Below are positions 1 through 11,008 of a stretch of DNA of 64,000 nt, in pieces (the stretch's first letter is position 1; every line of letters begins with the position of its first letter). The notes beneath the pieces were generated by a model. The model was not told where the DNA came from. It saw nothing but the letters and a program-made list of their open reading frames with translations, and searched no databases. The translations under genes and the position numbers were made by a program. This DNA comes from Blepharisma stoltei ATCC 30299 (Eukaryota > Protista > Ciliophora), in NCBI GenBank assembly GCA_965603825.1, contig CBFDEM010000030.1:434001-498000 (forward strand), in the 5' to 3' direction.

Positions 1-2
1 AT

Positions 3-1151
3 GAGAGTACACAAACAATTGTGAGCAATAATGGTATAATTATAATTCCTAGCAACTATAAAAATATTACTATATGTGAAGGAGCCAGCAAAATTGTATC
101 AGAAAAAGACAAAAAAGAGAAATACAAGATGCAGATTTCGATGAAAAGCAATAATTGTACTTTAGACTTAAATTTTAAGCTAGAAGAACATACAAAGAAT
201 GAACAATTGTCTGAGGCTTTACCGTATATTATTTTAGTATCAACAACAACGATAATGCTTATTGTAGTTTTTGCTAAGCATACTAAGGACTGTTTTGCAG
301 AGAGTCATGCTAAGAAAACATCAATAGTCACTCTGGGTATGCAAGCAGCAATGGATTTCTTTATGTGTATTTGAAATATAAGGCTGACTTTTGATCACCC
401 AAAATGTTTTGACTATTTTACCATAGCATCAATTTTGTCCTTTTCTCTATTTGTTATAATTCAAGGAAGACTGCTGCAATTTGTGTGGAGGGCTCAACAT
501 ACAGAACTACTAGACATAAGCACAGAGACTTTTAGAAGAAATTATGCCATTTTTCAGTCCCGATTTCTTTTACTGGTTATGGTATCTGTCATTTTGTCAA
601 CAATTTTTGAGTCTATGTTTTACGTCACAATTTTTATTTTCCACAGCTTTTTTATCCCTCAAATAATTCACAACGCAAGATATGGGTACAAAAACTCATT
701 CAGGAAGTCTATGCTATACATAATCTTCATTTGTAGAACTTCTATTGTACTTTATGTGTTTGGCTGTCCAAAAAATTATTTTGTATATGAGCCGAAGCCA
801 TTATATTGCATTTCACTTGTCACCCACCTTACGATCCAATTTTTGATTTTATTGAAACAAAGTTCATCAGGGACAAGATTTTTTATACCGAAAGCACTGA
901 GACCAGCTGCATATAGCTACTATAAAACCCCTGAAGAAGAAAGAATCATTGAAGCCAATACAGACTGTATCATTTGTATGACACCTTTGAATTTGCAAGG
1001 CAAAGAAATGCATGACGTGGTCGATTTTACGAAAACTATGCATACACCTTGTAACCATATGTTTCATCAAGATTGTTTGACGAACTGGATGACGATAAAG
1101 ATGGAATGCCCTACATGTAGAGGAACGTTACCTCCATTAGATGAATGGTAA
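3..1151 (+). CDS. Transmembrane RING-H2 E3 ubiquitin ligase (Tul1/FLY1-like), 5'-partial
   Basis: ORFs 21..374 and 435..1151 are in one frame across TGA 372-374 (Trp). Multi-TM region with SFFIPQI, and a C-terminal RING-H2 (CIICM...TPCNHMFHQDCL..WM..KMECPTCR). Frame is open to the left edge. Confidence 0.85.
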
Positions 1152-1320
1152 TCAATATTTTAATACTTATTCTCATTTAGTACTATAAGATAATGTATAG
1201 CAAAAAATAAAGCTGACTTAAGATAATTAAATTTATAAGGATTTTGTCAGCAATTTTTCATGTGAATTATTTTCATTAAACTTTTAAAGATTTATTCAAC
1301 AGATATAATAAAAGAAAAGC

Positions 1321-2097
1321 ATGGATTTGCTCACAGAATTATTTAAAGATAGAATTATTGGCCCGTTCTTAAAGAAATTTCCGGAAAATGCTCAAATTGA
1401 TATGGTGAAAAAAGTTCTTATATTTGGAATACATTCATTTGACGTAATTTCAGCAGTTGGACTAACTGGGTGTATAGACACATTCAACGAAAATAAACAG
1501 AAGTCCATCGAAAGGACAAATTCAAGCAAATACGAGTATAAAGGCTCGAAGCAAACCTCAGTAATAATAGATGATACAGCCGCGGAGCCGAAAAACCCTA
1601 AGAAAACCGTTCAAAAAAATGCGAAATCGGCATCAACTCCAAAAGGGCAAAAAACCCCGCAATCTCAAACTACAACGGGAGCTGGAAAAAAGCAAACCTT
1701 TGAGCTAAGTGATTCGCAAAGAATTAGCTCACGAATAACCAAAAAAAAGCGAGAAAACTCCGAGCCTAAAGTTCCAGCTTCCTTCATAAAGTCCCAGCCT
1801 TCTTCAAAAAGAACACCTTCAGCGAGAGAAAAAATGGTTTCAAAGATTTCGAATATTTCATTGATACTGGATGATATTACTGATTTCCCTTACAAACCTT
1901 TTATTAATACCCCAGCAAACTGCTATTCAGCCTCAAATGCAAAGCGTAACGATTCATCCTCGCAACTTTCTAAAGATTACCGTCAACCAGTACAAAACGA
2001 AAATCCACACAAATTAAAACAAATTGTCTTACCATCCCCCAAAATTTCTAAAAGCGCCCTTGTATACACAACAGATTCTAGTGAAGAAAATGCATAA
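1321..2097 (+). CDS. Hypothetical protein, basic/Ser-rich
   Basis: 258-aa ATG-TAA ORF flanked by AT-rich spacers; no recognised domain. Confidence 0.7.
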   Translation: MDLLTELFKDRIIGPFLKKFPENAQIDMVKKVLIFGIHSFDVISAVGLTGCIDTFNENKQKSIERTNSSKYEYKGSKQTSVIIDDTAAEPKNPKKTVQKNAKSASTPKGQKTPQSQTTTGAGKKQTFELSDSQRISSRITKKKRENSEPKVPASFIKSQPSSKRTPSAREKMVSKISNISLILDDITDFPYKPFINTPANCYSASNAKRNDSSSQLSKDYRQPVQNENPHKLKQIVLPSPKISKSALVYTTDSSEENA

Positions 2098-2138
2098 TCT
2101 ATATATTATAACAGTTTTAAAATAAAAATATTTTCTTA

Positions 2139-3239
2139 ATGAACAAAGCACATGTCCCCGTGTCACAATTAAGGAGTGGTGATAACCCTTCTTTACCAGT
2201 TTTGCGTCCTAACTATGAGTCAACTAAGCTATTAGAGCATCAAAAAGAAATCGAGTCTTTAAAAAATGAGATTGCAGACTTGAAATACGACATACAGCTT
2301 TTACGAAAAAAAGAAAAAGAATCGATCAAAACTGAACTACAATATAAGCAGCTCATAAGGACCTATCAACAAGAGCTTTCTAAAAATTCAATTCTCCAGT
2401 CAAAGATGCCAACAGAAGAGTCAGAAAAAAATGTTCATGTAATTGGTGAAGCTTATGATAAAGTTTATGACTGTATAAAGCAGCTACAAGACAGAATTGA
2501 TGATATGCTTGTAAATAAAGAAGTCTCACTCATAGCAGTTTTTGACGCCAAACTTCAAGAAATTTCAAAAGAGCTGGAAAACGAAAAAAAAGCAAAATTA
2601 GAATATATTGAAGGCTTAGCAGAAAGGGAAAATAAATCACTCAAAGAACTAGAAATCCTTAGAGGCTCAGTAGAATTAATAGAAGCTAAAAACTGCTATC
2701 TGGAGACAGAAAACAAAAGACTGAGAGGAGAGCTTAAACAAGCTAGATCTGAGTATGAAAACCTAGAACGTCGTCTTTTTCAAATGAAAGAAAGTAGGCC
2801 TAAGCCTAGGGTCCCTTCGCCAAAATCACTTATTTCCCCTAAATCGTCCACAAGTGTGCTATTATCTCCTCCAGTTTCTCCTGGGTCAAGAGTTAACAGC
2901 TTTTTATCATCAAAAAGATCAGAAAATGACAATGCAGATGCAAGATATCAGCAGGTGATAGAAAAATTAAAAAAATCTATAGAGTTTCAGAAAAACAATT
3001 TAAGGGCCGCTAGAACTGCGTATATAAGAGAAATTCAAAACAAGAATGAGATCGAGCAGGTCGTTCAAGTGTGCCTTGATGAGGTAAAAAAACAACTGGT
3101 GCAGAATAAAGATAAAACAAAAAATAAAGGCGAAAACACGAGACAAGAACTAATAAACAAATTGACTACACAAGAAGAAATACTTTCGTTATTGTATCAA
3201 AAAGTCCACCGAAACGAAAACCAGAATCAATTTTTGTAA
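2139..3239 (+). CDS. Coiled-coil protein
   Basis: 366-aa ORF, heptad-rich, with an SP-rich linker. Confidence 0.75.
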   Translation: MNKAHVPVSQLRSGDNPSLPVLRPNYESTKLLEHQKEIESLKNEIADLKYDIQLLRKKEKESIKTELQYKQLIRTYQQELSKNSILQSKMPTEESEKNVHVIGEAYDKVYDCIKQLQDRIDDMLVNKEVSLIAVFDAKLQEISKELENEKKAKLEYIEGLAERENKSLKELEILRGSVELIEAKNCYLETENKRLRGELKQARSEYENLERRLFQMKESRPKPRVPSPKSLISPKSSTSVLLSPPVSPGSRVNSFLSSKRSENDNADARYQQVIEKLKKSIEFQKNNLRAARTAYIREIQNKNEIEQVVQVCLDEVKKQLVQNKDKTKNKGENTRQELINKLTTQEEILSLLYQKVHRNENQNQFL

Positions 3240-3625
3240 ATTTTAAGCATTGATCTGCTTTTGGTTTATATATTAATTGATGGTTAAATTGAGTAAAAGA
3301 TATACTTATCAGCATAAATAATAATTACGATTTTTTATTTTTATTAATATTATTTATTTCAATTTTTATTAATCATTTATCGTCGTAATTTGACAAAATT
3401 GGACTAGCATGCAAAATTTTAAGTCCTTAAATATTAATTAGATTTTTTAAAGGCAGAGGATCACTATAAAAATTCATCAATTACAATCTCACAGCATTTT
3501 TTATAACACAAATTCACTACTGTCATGACTCTTTATTTATTAAACATTTATTTTAGGAATCATCATAAAGCTCCTACAAGGGGGAAAATATTCATAAAAA
3601 TTAGATAAGTTGAAACAACACAAAT

Positions 3626-4787
3626 ATGTCAGAAGTTTTGGACTCAATTATAGCGGCAATTGACGGCACTGTAGTTGTGTCTTTTATTGCTGGCTCAGGC
3701 ATAATTTTGACAAGAGCCAAAGTATTTTTTATTTAGGTACTTGATAGAGCTGGAGCTGAAACTTTTGGAAAAATTATCATTTACTTATTGCTTCCTTGCC
3801 TTCTTTTTACAAATATGCTTCTCTACGTTGATGTTTCTGATGTAAAAAATTTTGGTATTGCTTTTGGCCTTGCTACATTTCACTCTGTTGTTGGGTGTGG
3901 GTTGGGGTGGATTTTAGCAAGGTTAACTGGAGCAAGAAGAGAAATTAGAAGGTTGATCATGTGCTGCCTGGGATTTCAAGACACAACAGCTTATCCTCTA
4001 GCATATGCTATTGTTCTAGGAGGAAATAGTGTTACAGATAAAGATAAAAATTTTAAAGACAGAGCTACTGAATATGTGCTGATTTATACCATTTTTATTG
4101 TTATATATAAGTGGACCATAGGATGGGAGTATGATTCATATAGGATTATGATGAAAAAGCGGTCTTCAAGACTTCCTGGCACAGAAATCATAAACAAGTC
4201 TGACATCACTCCAGAGAACATTGGACACAGTAGATATCTTCTCTGGAAAATAAAAAGAGGTATGACTCCTCCTATATGGGCTGCAATCTTTGCAATCCCT
4301 TTTGCATTTATCCCATATAGTCAAGAGTATTTATGGACAGGTTCAGGGTCAATTTTAAGGAAAAATATCTTTCAAGCAATGCTATCATTTGGAGGGTGTG
4401 CGTCTCCATTGATTTCATTTATTCTAGGCTCTAATTTAAGTCATGGTTATCCTGCCACAGCTGATATCAGCAAGTAAATTTTATTCAGTCTTCATATTGC
4501 AGTTATACTACTTGGACGTCTAGTACTCATGCCTTTAATCGGTCTCGGCGCGATTGGTGGGCTTTATTATCTAGGAGTTATCGTAAGTCTTATTATAGGG
4601 TCGGATAATGACACTTATGATGCAGATTTGTTTTGCTGCTCCCATTTCACTGCAGCTTCTTGTCATTTGTGAAGACAGAAAAAATCAAGAAGAAAACCTG
4701 TCAAAAGTAGTTGTTTTTGCATATGGGTTTGCAACAATTATGATGCCATTATGGACTTCAATATTTTTGGTATTACTTTACGATTAA
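3626..4787 (+). CDS. PIN-LIKES/auxin efflux carrier (Mem_trans) family transporter, 4 tiny introns, about 366 aa
   Basis: Motifs LLPCLLF, PPIWAAI, FILGSNL, RLVLMPLIG. Exons join in frame after removing introns 3722-3736, 4129-4143, 4474-4488 and 4583-4598; TAA at 4785-4787. Confidence 0.88.
3722..3736 (+). other. 15-nt spliceosomal intron
   Basis: gtattttttatttag; A at position 10; contains in-frame TAG. Confidence 0.9.
4129..4143 (+). other. 15-nt intron (stop-free, in frame)
   Basis: gtatgattcatatag; A at position 10; removal gives WTIGWEIMMK. Not forced by frame. Confidence 0.65.
4474..4488 (+). other. 15-nt intron
   Basis: gtaaattttattcag; contains the in-frame TAA that ends the ORF-track call. 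Confidence 0.9.
4583..4598 (+). other. 16-nt intron
   Basis: gtaagtcttattatag; removal restores frame into the last two TM helices. Confidence 0.85.
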
Positions 4788-4860
4788 TATTTTAGTCATC
4801 CATAATAAGTATAAATATATCAATGCTTTCAAACAGTTTGTGAAATATATATATTAATTA

Positions 4861-5247
4861 TTAAAACTGGCCTTTGCATTGTTTATATAAGTCGAGGTAG
4901 CTCTGACACATCCCGATATCATTTTTGTTATATTGAAGGCAGTTTAGAAAATCTTGGTTTTGCTGATAGCAAGGTTCTTGGATAGGCTGAGGTTGGGATT
5001 GAGATTCTTGGGCATAATTGCTACTGCTGTTACCCATTAAGCCTCTAACTGCTTGATGAGCTACCTCACTGCCAGCTCCGAAAGCCATTCCTTGCATTAT
5101 AGTTCCACCGATAGAGCCAATCAGTCCTGGACTTTGCTGTGTTAATGGGGCTTGATGTGTAGGCTGAGGAGCTGCTCTTGCGGTCCTTGTAGGACCGGAA
5201 CTTCGTGAAAATCCACTTGATTTCATTCCACTAGATCGTCTTGGCAT
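4861..5247 (-). CDS. CHCHD2/CHCHD10/Mic17-like mitochondrial twin CX9C protein
   Basis: MPRRSS N-terminus, QGMAFGAGSEVAHQAV motif, C-terminal twin CX9C; ATG at 5247. Confidence 0.9.
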   Translation of the reverse strand: MPRRSSGMKSSGFSRSSGPTRTARAAPQPTHQAPLTQQSPGLIGSIGGTIMQGMAFGAGSEVAHQAVRGLMGNSSSNYAQESQSQPQPIQEPCYQQNQDFLNCLQYNKNDIGMCQSYLDLYKQCKGQF

Positions 5248-6100
5248 TTTTATTATTATAATATGGAGTGTCAAGCCATTTGCAAATTTAATAATTTTAG
5301 ATAATTCTGGAAAAATAACTTTAATTTTATACTTGCTAAGTCATAATAAAATATTGGAAAAAATTATCACTTAGCACACTTTTATCTTAAATTATTAGTA
5401 AAATTGAGAATTATTTACTCTATTTTCAAATTAACTAAATTTCTTATCATAAAGACTTTAGGATCTCAAGACTCTTAATATTATTGATATTTTCTATCAG
5501 TTTTAACTAAGCTTATATAAAGTTTTATCTCTTAATATACTTTCAGAGTGAAGTATACTTCCAATTAGCTTTATTATCAAATAATAACACATATTAGAAA
5601 TTGTATTATATTAATTATTTTAAGAATCAATAAAGCCATACATTTATATTTTTGATTACTCTGGAGATTTACTGGTTTAATTACAAAGTCCTCGAGGGAC
5701 TCATATTTTATAAGGCCTGCTTCTGTTTTAATTTTATCCATTGTGGTTAATAAAAGCTATACTCAAGAATATGATATGAGAATAGAAAATTGTAAACTTA
5801 AAAGAATCTAAAATTATTATAACGAGAAAACTTATTTCCATTTCCATTAAAGAGCAAGAATATTTTACTCTCTAATTAGGTAGGCTATTTTTTATTTATA
5901 TATTCATAATTTGTTTTTATTTCAAATATCCAAACTATTCAAATATTTTATAATTTAATTATGAAATTTTATTAATATATAAAATTAGTGAAAATTTCAT
6001 TAAATAACAGTTACTAGCTTATATTAAAATATTTTATAAAAACATATATATGTATAAGATTTTGCTTAGATTATCTTGATATATTAATACAGCTAAGTTT

Positions 6101-9100
6101 TTATTGAAGCATCGTACTAACCATATTTGTTCGGAGAGTGAATTGAAACTTCATATCCCTTGCAATAAGATTATCTTCACTTCGGCTCTCTGAGCTAACT
6201 TTTGGAAGCCCAGGGCTATCGTTTTCATTTTTTTTCTTGATTTTCGTAATTTCATCAACTTTCACGTTTGAAGACAATAAAAACCTGAAGAAAATACCGA
6301 TGTCTGGCGCCTTTTCTCTATACAATAAGCTAGGATACCATTTATGCTGCACAAAAATTCCTAATAATAGCAAAATAAACCATCCTGTCAATTGAAGAAT
6401 TATCCATAAGCTAACAAAGCCAGATGGGACTATCCAATAGATAGAAGATAATAATACGCTTCACATTACGGCAAGGATCGAAATAATTGTCCATCAATTG
6501 CATCTATGATAGTTGAAAGGTTTTCACTTGATGCAAATTACTAAATAAATAGCAAGAATAAATAAAAATACCAATCCATGTAAGGACTGATTATAAGGTT
6601 TCAGAGTTCCTTTAAGCACAACAATTGTGACTTGAATAATACTTTTGGTCATTAGGTGAAGTGGCCTTGTTATTATGTTAATTTCAAGCTGTAAATTCTG
6701 CCATATCGGTCTGCAGTAGACTGCAAGAGGCACATATGATAATAAACTTATCAAAGCCAAGCTTGCGTATAAATTATGAGGATAATTTCAGCAGGTCATA
6801 GTGCAGTCTTTTCCTATGAAACTATCACTTAAAGCACCTCCTGTTGCATTTCTACAATTAAATACATCTAAAAGAATCGACACTATAGGAATTACACAGA
6901 GGTTTCCCAATATTGGCATTGTTTCTCTTGCCATAGTAACAGAGTGGTCTATAAACCAATTTTGAAATCTATCACCTATTTGGTATAATATTATCACACA
7001 AAAATACACCCACAAAGTGCATAGCCCTAAAACTGTGAAAAATCCCATTCAGTAATATTTCTCTTTAAATTCAATAATATTCGTTAAATTTACTGATGCA
7101 TAATCTCCAATTACAGATGAAAATTTATCGTATCCGCTCATAGTAGGGCCCATAGCTATCAGCTGTAAGAAATCTATAAAAATAATTGACATCACAATCC
7201 CATCGCCAAATTTAAAATTTTTTTTAACTAATAAAGGTCCCACATACACATTTCATCATTTACGAAAAATATAAATAGAGAGCAAAGCAGTGCCTGCTGC
7301 AATCGTAAACGATATAGTGTAGAAAATGGCTGTACCTTGGAATGAGCTTTGCACATCTTTCCAATCAAAAGGGCAATCATCAGGTTTTACTATGATGTCT
7401 GATGGTGGGCCTGAAGTTCCTCCAGGCCAAGTAATGCTGCTAATAAAGGTAAAGGGATGAGTGCTTGCAATATTATAGGTCCCTACTCTAATATCAATCC
7501 ATTTTCCGTTTGTTGAATTATAAATTGTATTGTAAATTACAATAACAACCTGGCTTCTATCGTTGCTTCCATTTGCAAAAGTAACAGTGCCTGAACAGCC
7601 AGTAAACCTTTGCAGCCTCATAGATTTATTTATAACAGATGGAGTGTTTATATTATCCCCTTTAGCGATGGAAAATTTTATAGCGTTCAGGACTGTCATC
7701 ATAGAGTCGTATGCAAAACATTTATAGACTGGGTCAACAGAGTTCATCAAACGGACATATAAATCTTTTAAATAAAGACCATAATCACCAACTCATTCAT
7801 CTTGGAAAACAGCGAAGGATCCGTACATAAGTTCTGCAAGCTTAAGTTTGGCTTGTGGGTCAGTTTCTAATGCAATTTCAAATGAAACTTTTATAGAGAA
7901 CATCATGATGGCATCTCCTCTTCTAATTCCTACATCATATAGACCTTCAATAACATAATATACAGATGGAGGGTCAATTAGCATAATAAAAATTCTTCCT
8001 TTGGTATTTTTTATTGATTCAAATAAAGGTTTATATGTTTCGAAGTCTGCCTTATCATATCCATTTTTAATTATTCTTGAGGTTTCATTGTTTAGAATAT
8101 TGATATTTGAGCTTTGGGCACTTTTCAGAAAATAATTATAAAGATCTATTCCTGTAGTTGAGTTTTGATACAAAATAATAACATTGGTCCATCCAAAGAT
8201 TAAGGCCAAATTTGCCATCATACTTGAATTATAGCCATAATTCTTCATCACTCTCATAAATTCTGGGTAAGTTGTTTGATTATTGAAAATTGTTTCTCCA
8301 CAAAGTTCTGATATCATTGGAATCGAAATTTTTAGCGCGCGAAATGCTTGAATTGTACCATAACAAGCTAATGGAAAACCGGATGTTAAGTGAGCAACAC
8401 CCATTTGATTTTTTAAAGCTGCAAAGCACGGCACTGAATATGAAGTTGTAAAAGATTCAGCTCCACAATCAGTATGCGTCACAGCAATTTGAAAATTGCC
8501 CAAATAATTTTGCTCATTTGCTAAGTTAACTGCCATTCGTGCAGCAGCTTTTAGAGCAGGATAAAACCAGCTGCTTGATGTTCCTGGATTCGTTCTTCCA
8601 TCTGCCATCGATATATTTACATAAGAAACAAATGTATTCGGAATTTTAGTTGTATTTCCAGGAAACATCAAGGTTTTGTTTAAAAATAATTCTTCATCAA
8701 AAATGTGCCCAACTTTGACTTTTTGGCTTGACTTTATGTTTATTAGAGAATAATTAAATATTGGCTGATGTTCATATGTAACACTTTGGAGCTTTTCTTT
8801 GAGCTCAATATTGGAAACAGTTATTGATAGAGCATCAATAATTTTAAGCATTTTTAAACATGCGAGGGCTTCGTAATGTGCATAATCTGCTGCATCTTCC
8901 AACTCAGATTCTACATATATTAACAACCCATCTGCGTCTGCTCCCCATATACCCCTGCTTCCTATTATGACGCCAGTTCCTTTTTGATAAAGGTCCTTTG
9001 TTTCCAAGCTATTTACAATTTTTTGGGCGCCATTTCCTGAATTTTGAATAACAATGTTTTTAACACCCGTCGGCAGAATTTCTCTACCAACAAATAAATC

Positions 9101-9610
9101 AGACACAGTCTGTGATTGATTATCAATAAATGAAAAATATTGAATATTAAAATTCGCGAAACTTTCAATCAAAGCTGAAGATAAATCATCATAATTATTT
9201 TCTTTCACAATCAGTGCTGTTGTTCAATTTAACAGATTAAATATTTGTGACAACGCTTTTATATTTTGATCGTGATCAAAATGAACAAAAAATTCCCAAT
9301 CACTAAAAATATGAGTGGGTTCTCCAATGTTTAAGTATACAAATTGTGAGTCTTCTGCAGCTTGTTTAATTACAGCAGTTATAGATAGACTAAAAGTTGC
9401 GTCTATAACTATGCTATTTGTATGTAACAGAGATTTAATATCGGTTTCCTTCCTTACAAAAATTGAAAAAACCTGAGGATTGTTGAGGTTTTCTGTTATC
9501 ACATTAGCAATTGTTGAAAAAAAGTATTCTTCTGTGGAATCACTTATCAATATGTCAATGATAAGGTCCGCAATCGCTAATGGAGCTAGCATCATCCATA
9601 GACGGGTCAT
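6101..9610 (-). CDS. Receptor-like protein: signal peptide, two periplasmic-binding (ANF receptor/Venus flytrap) domains and about 9 TM helices, about 1169 aa
   Basis: Seven ORF-track pieces are all in one frame across 9 TGA codons, including tandem TGA-TGA at 7253-7258. Motifs LLN[W]TTALIV, FGWTNVIILY, YPEFMRV, FAYDSM, FTGCSGTVTF. Confidence 0.85.
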
Positions 9611-9939
9611 TTACTAGTAATTTATATTATATTTGAAGAGTTGTAGATTATAAGCCTCAAATAAAGTATGGTGGCGAAAAATTTCATATTAATTAATTAT
9701 CTTCTTATTTGCATTAACAATAACATTTATACATTATTCTTATATCTTGCATAATTAATTTCTCTCTGAAAATATTATATTCCTATTTATCTCATTAATA
9801 AAAATCAAACTATTTATAAATTTCTTTATTTGAAAATCTTATATTGCCTTAAAAATGCAAAATTCCAATAATTTTATTTTATCAGTGTTTTCCGCACTGC
9901 AAAACCTTTAAATTAATTGCAAAATGGGAAGCAAGATAA

Positions 9940-10908
9940 ATGTAATCTGTAATAAGGTGTTGCAGAGGCTCAGCCGAAACAAACGGTGAAGTTCAAATAA
10001 TTTATGACAAGGTTCTTCGTAAAGATAACATTGATATGATGAATCTTTCAGTAGATGAATTAAAAGAGCAAAGTAAACAAACACTGGCCCTCATCAAGCG
10101 AGGAATGTGCACTCCAGATGATCCCAGTAGATGAAACAACCCAGAAAGGCTTGAAAAACTATTGACTGTAGCTATGCAAGGCAAACTTTTACGGCTCAAA
10201 GTTAAAAGTTCTTTAATTTTACCAAGAAATTCAGTTATAAACATTTCCCCTCTCAAGTATGAGCTGAGCAATCGCGGGGCAAAGGATGGCGTCACTTATT
10301 TGGGCTGCAAGAAAAAAGACAGGCCGAAAGGACAAATTGTATGTGATTTTGTGATACCTTTGGCAGATAAAGCATTAGCAAACTCATTGAGGACTCCTCA
10401 CTTTTTGATATGATATGACCCTTATATAGATTCTTATTATATAAGAGATTTTGCTGTAGGCTCTGGAGTCTATGCAAAAATAGACTATACTTTAGCTTTA
10501 TATAAGAAGCAGTATATTGTTACCTTTGGGGAATCACATTTGCTTATTACGATAATCCCATCAACTCCATACCCAAGACTTTGCCTTAAAGTTTATGGAG
10601 GAAAAACGTCTGGAGAGTTGATATTCTTCGACGCCCATGAATATCATATGGACCAAGTTTACGTCGGCCGAGATCAAAGCTGTAATGTTTTTATTGACGA
10701 CAATTTAATTTCAAAAAAACAAGCCACAATCTTCTACAGCCAGAAAAAAGGCTGAATGCTAGTAGATGGGGATTTGCAAACTCAAAGACCAAGCACAAAT
10801 GGAACTTGGTAAAATTTATTTAGGCTCTATTTAAATGACGATTTAGAACTTAAAGAAGGGATGGAACTTAAAGCATTCCAAACATTATTTAAAGTCAATA
10901 TTTATTAG
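9940..10908 (+). CDS. FHA domain protein (ciliate double-FHA type); start uncertain
   Basis: VGRDQSC...ISKKQATI...KG[W]MLVDG...STNGTW. TGA at 10132, 10411 and 10753; intron 10809-10823; TAG at 10906-10908. Start is either AT|G across intron 9942-9956 or Met at 10036. Confidence 0.8.
9942..9956 (+). other. Candidate 15-nt intron
   Basis: gtaatctgtaataag; A at position 10; removal creates ATG TGT TGC in the FHA frame. Confidence 0.55.
10809..10823 (+). other. 15-nt intron
   Basis: gtaaaatttatttag; restores STNGTW-LYL. Confidence 0.9.
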
Positions 10909-11008
10909 TACTTTATTATTTTCTTAATAAATCTGCTTAAAATTGGCTTAGTTTATATTATTGTTAGGCTTCAAATACGAACAAAAATATTCAAAAGAAT
11001 AATCTAAA

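Noticed and set aside
5575-5741. About 55-aa minus-strand ORF (MDKIKTEAG...) and a small hairpin near 5687
   Set aside because: No recognisable homology; the tail is AT-driven; support is too weak.
6101-9610. Fragmented ORFs as pseudogenes or selenoproteins
   Set aside because: All pieces are in frame and the TGAs align to Trp positions, not to catalytic Cys; the code change explains them.
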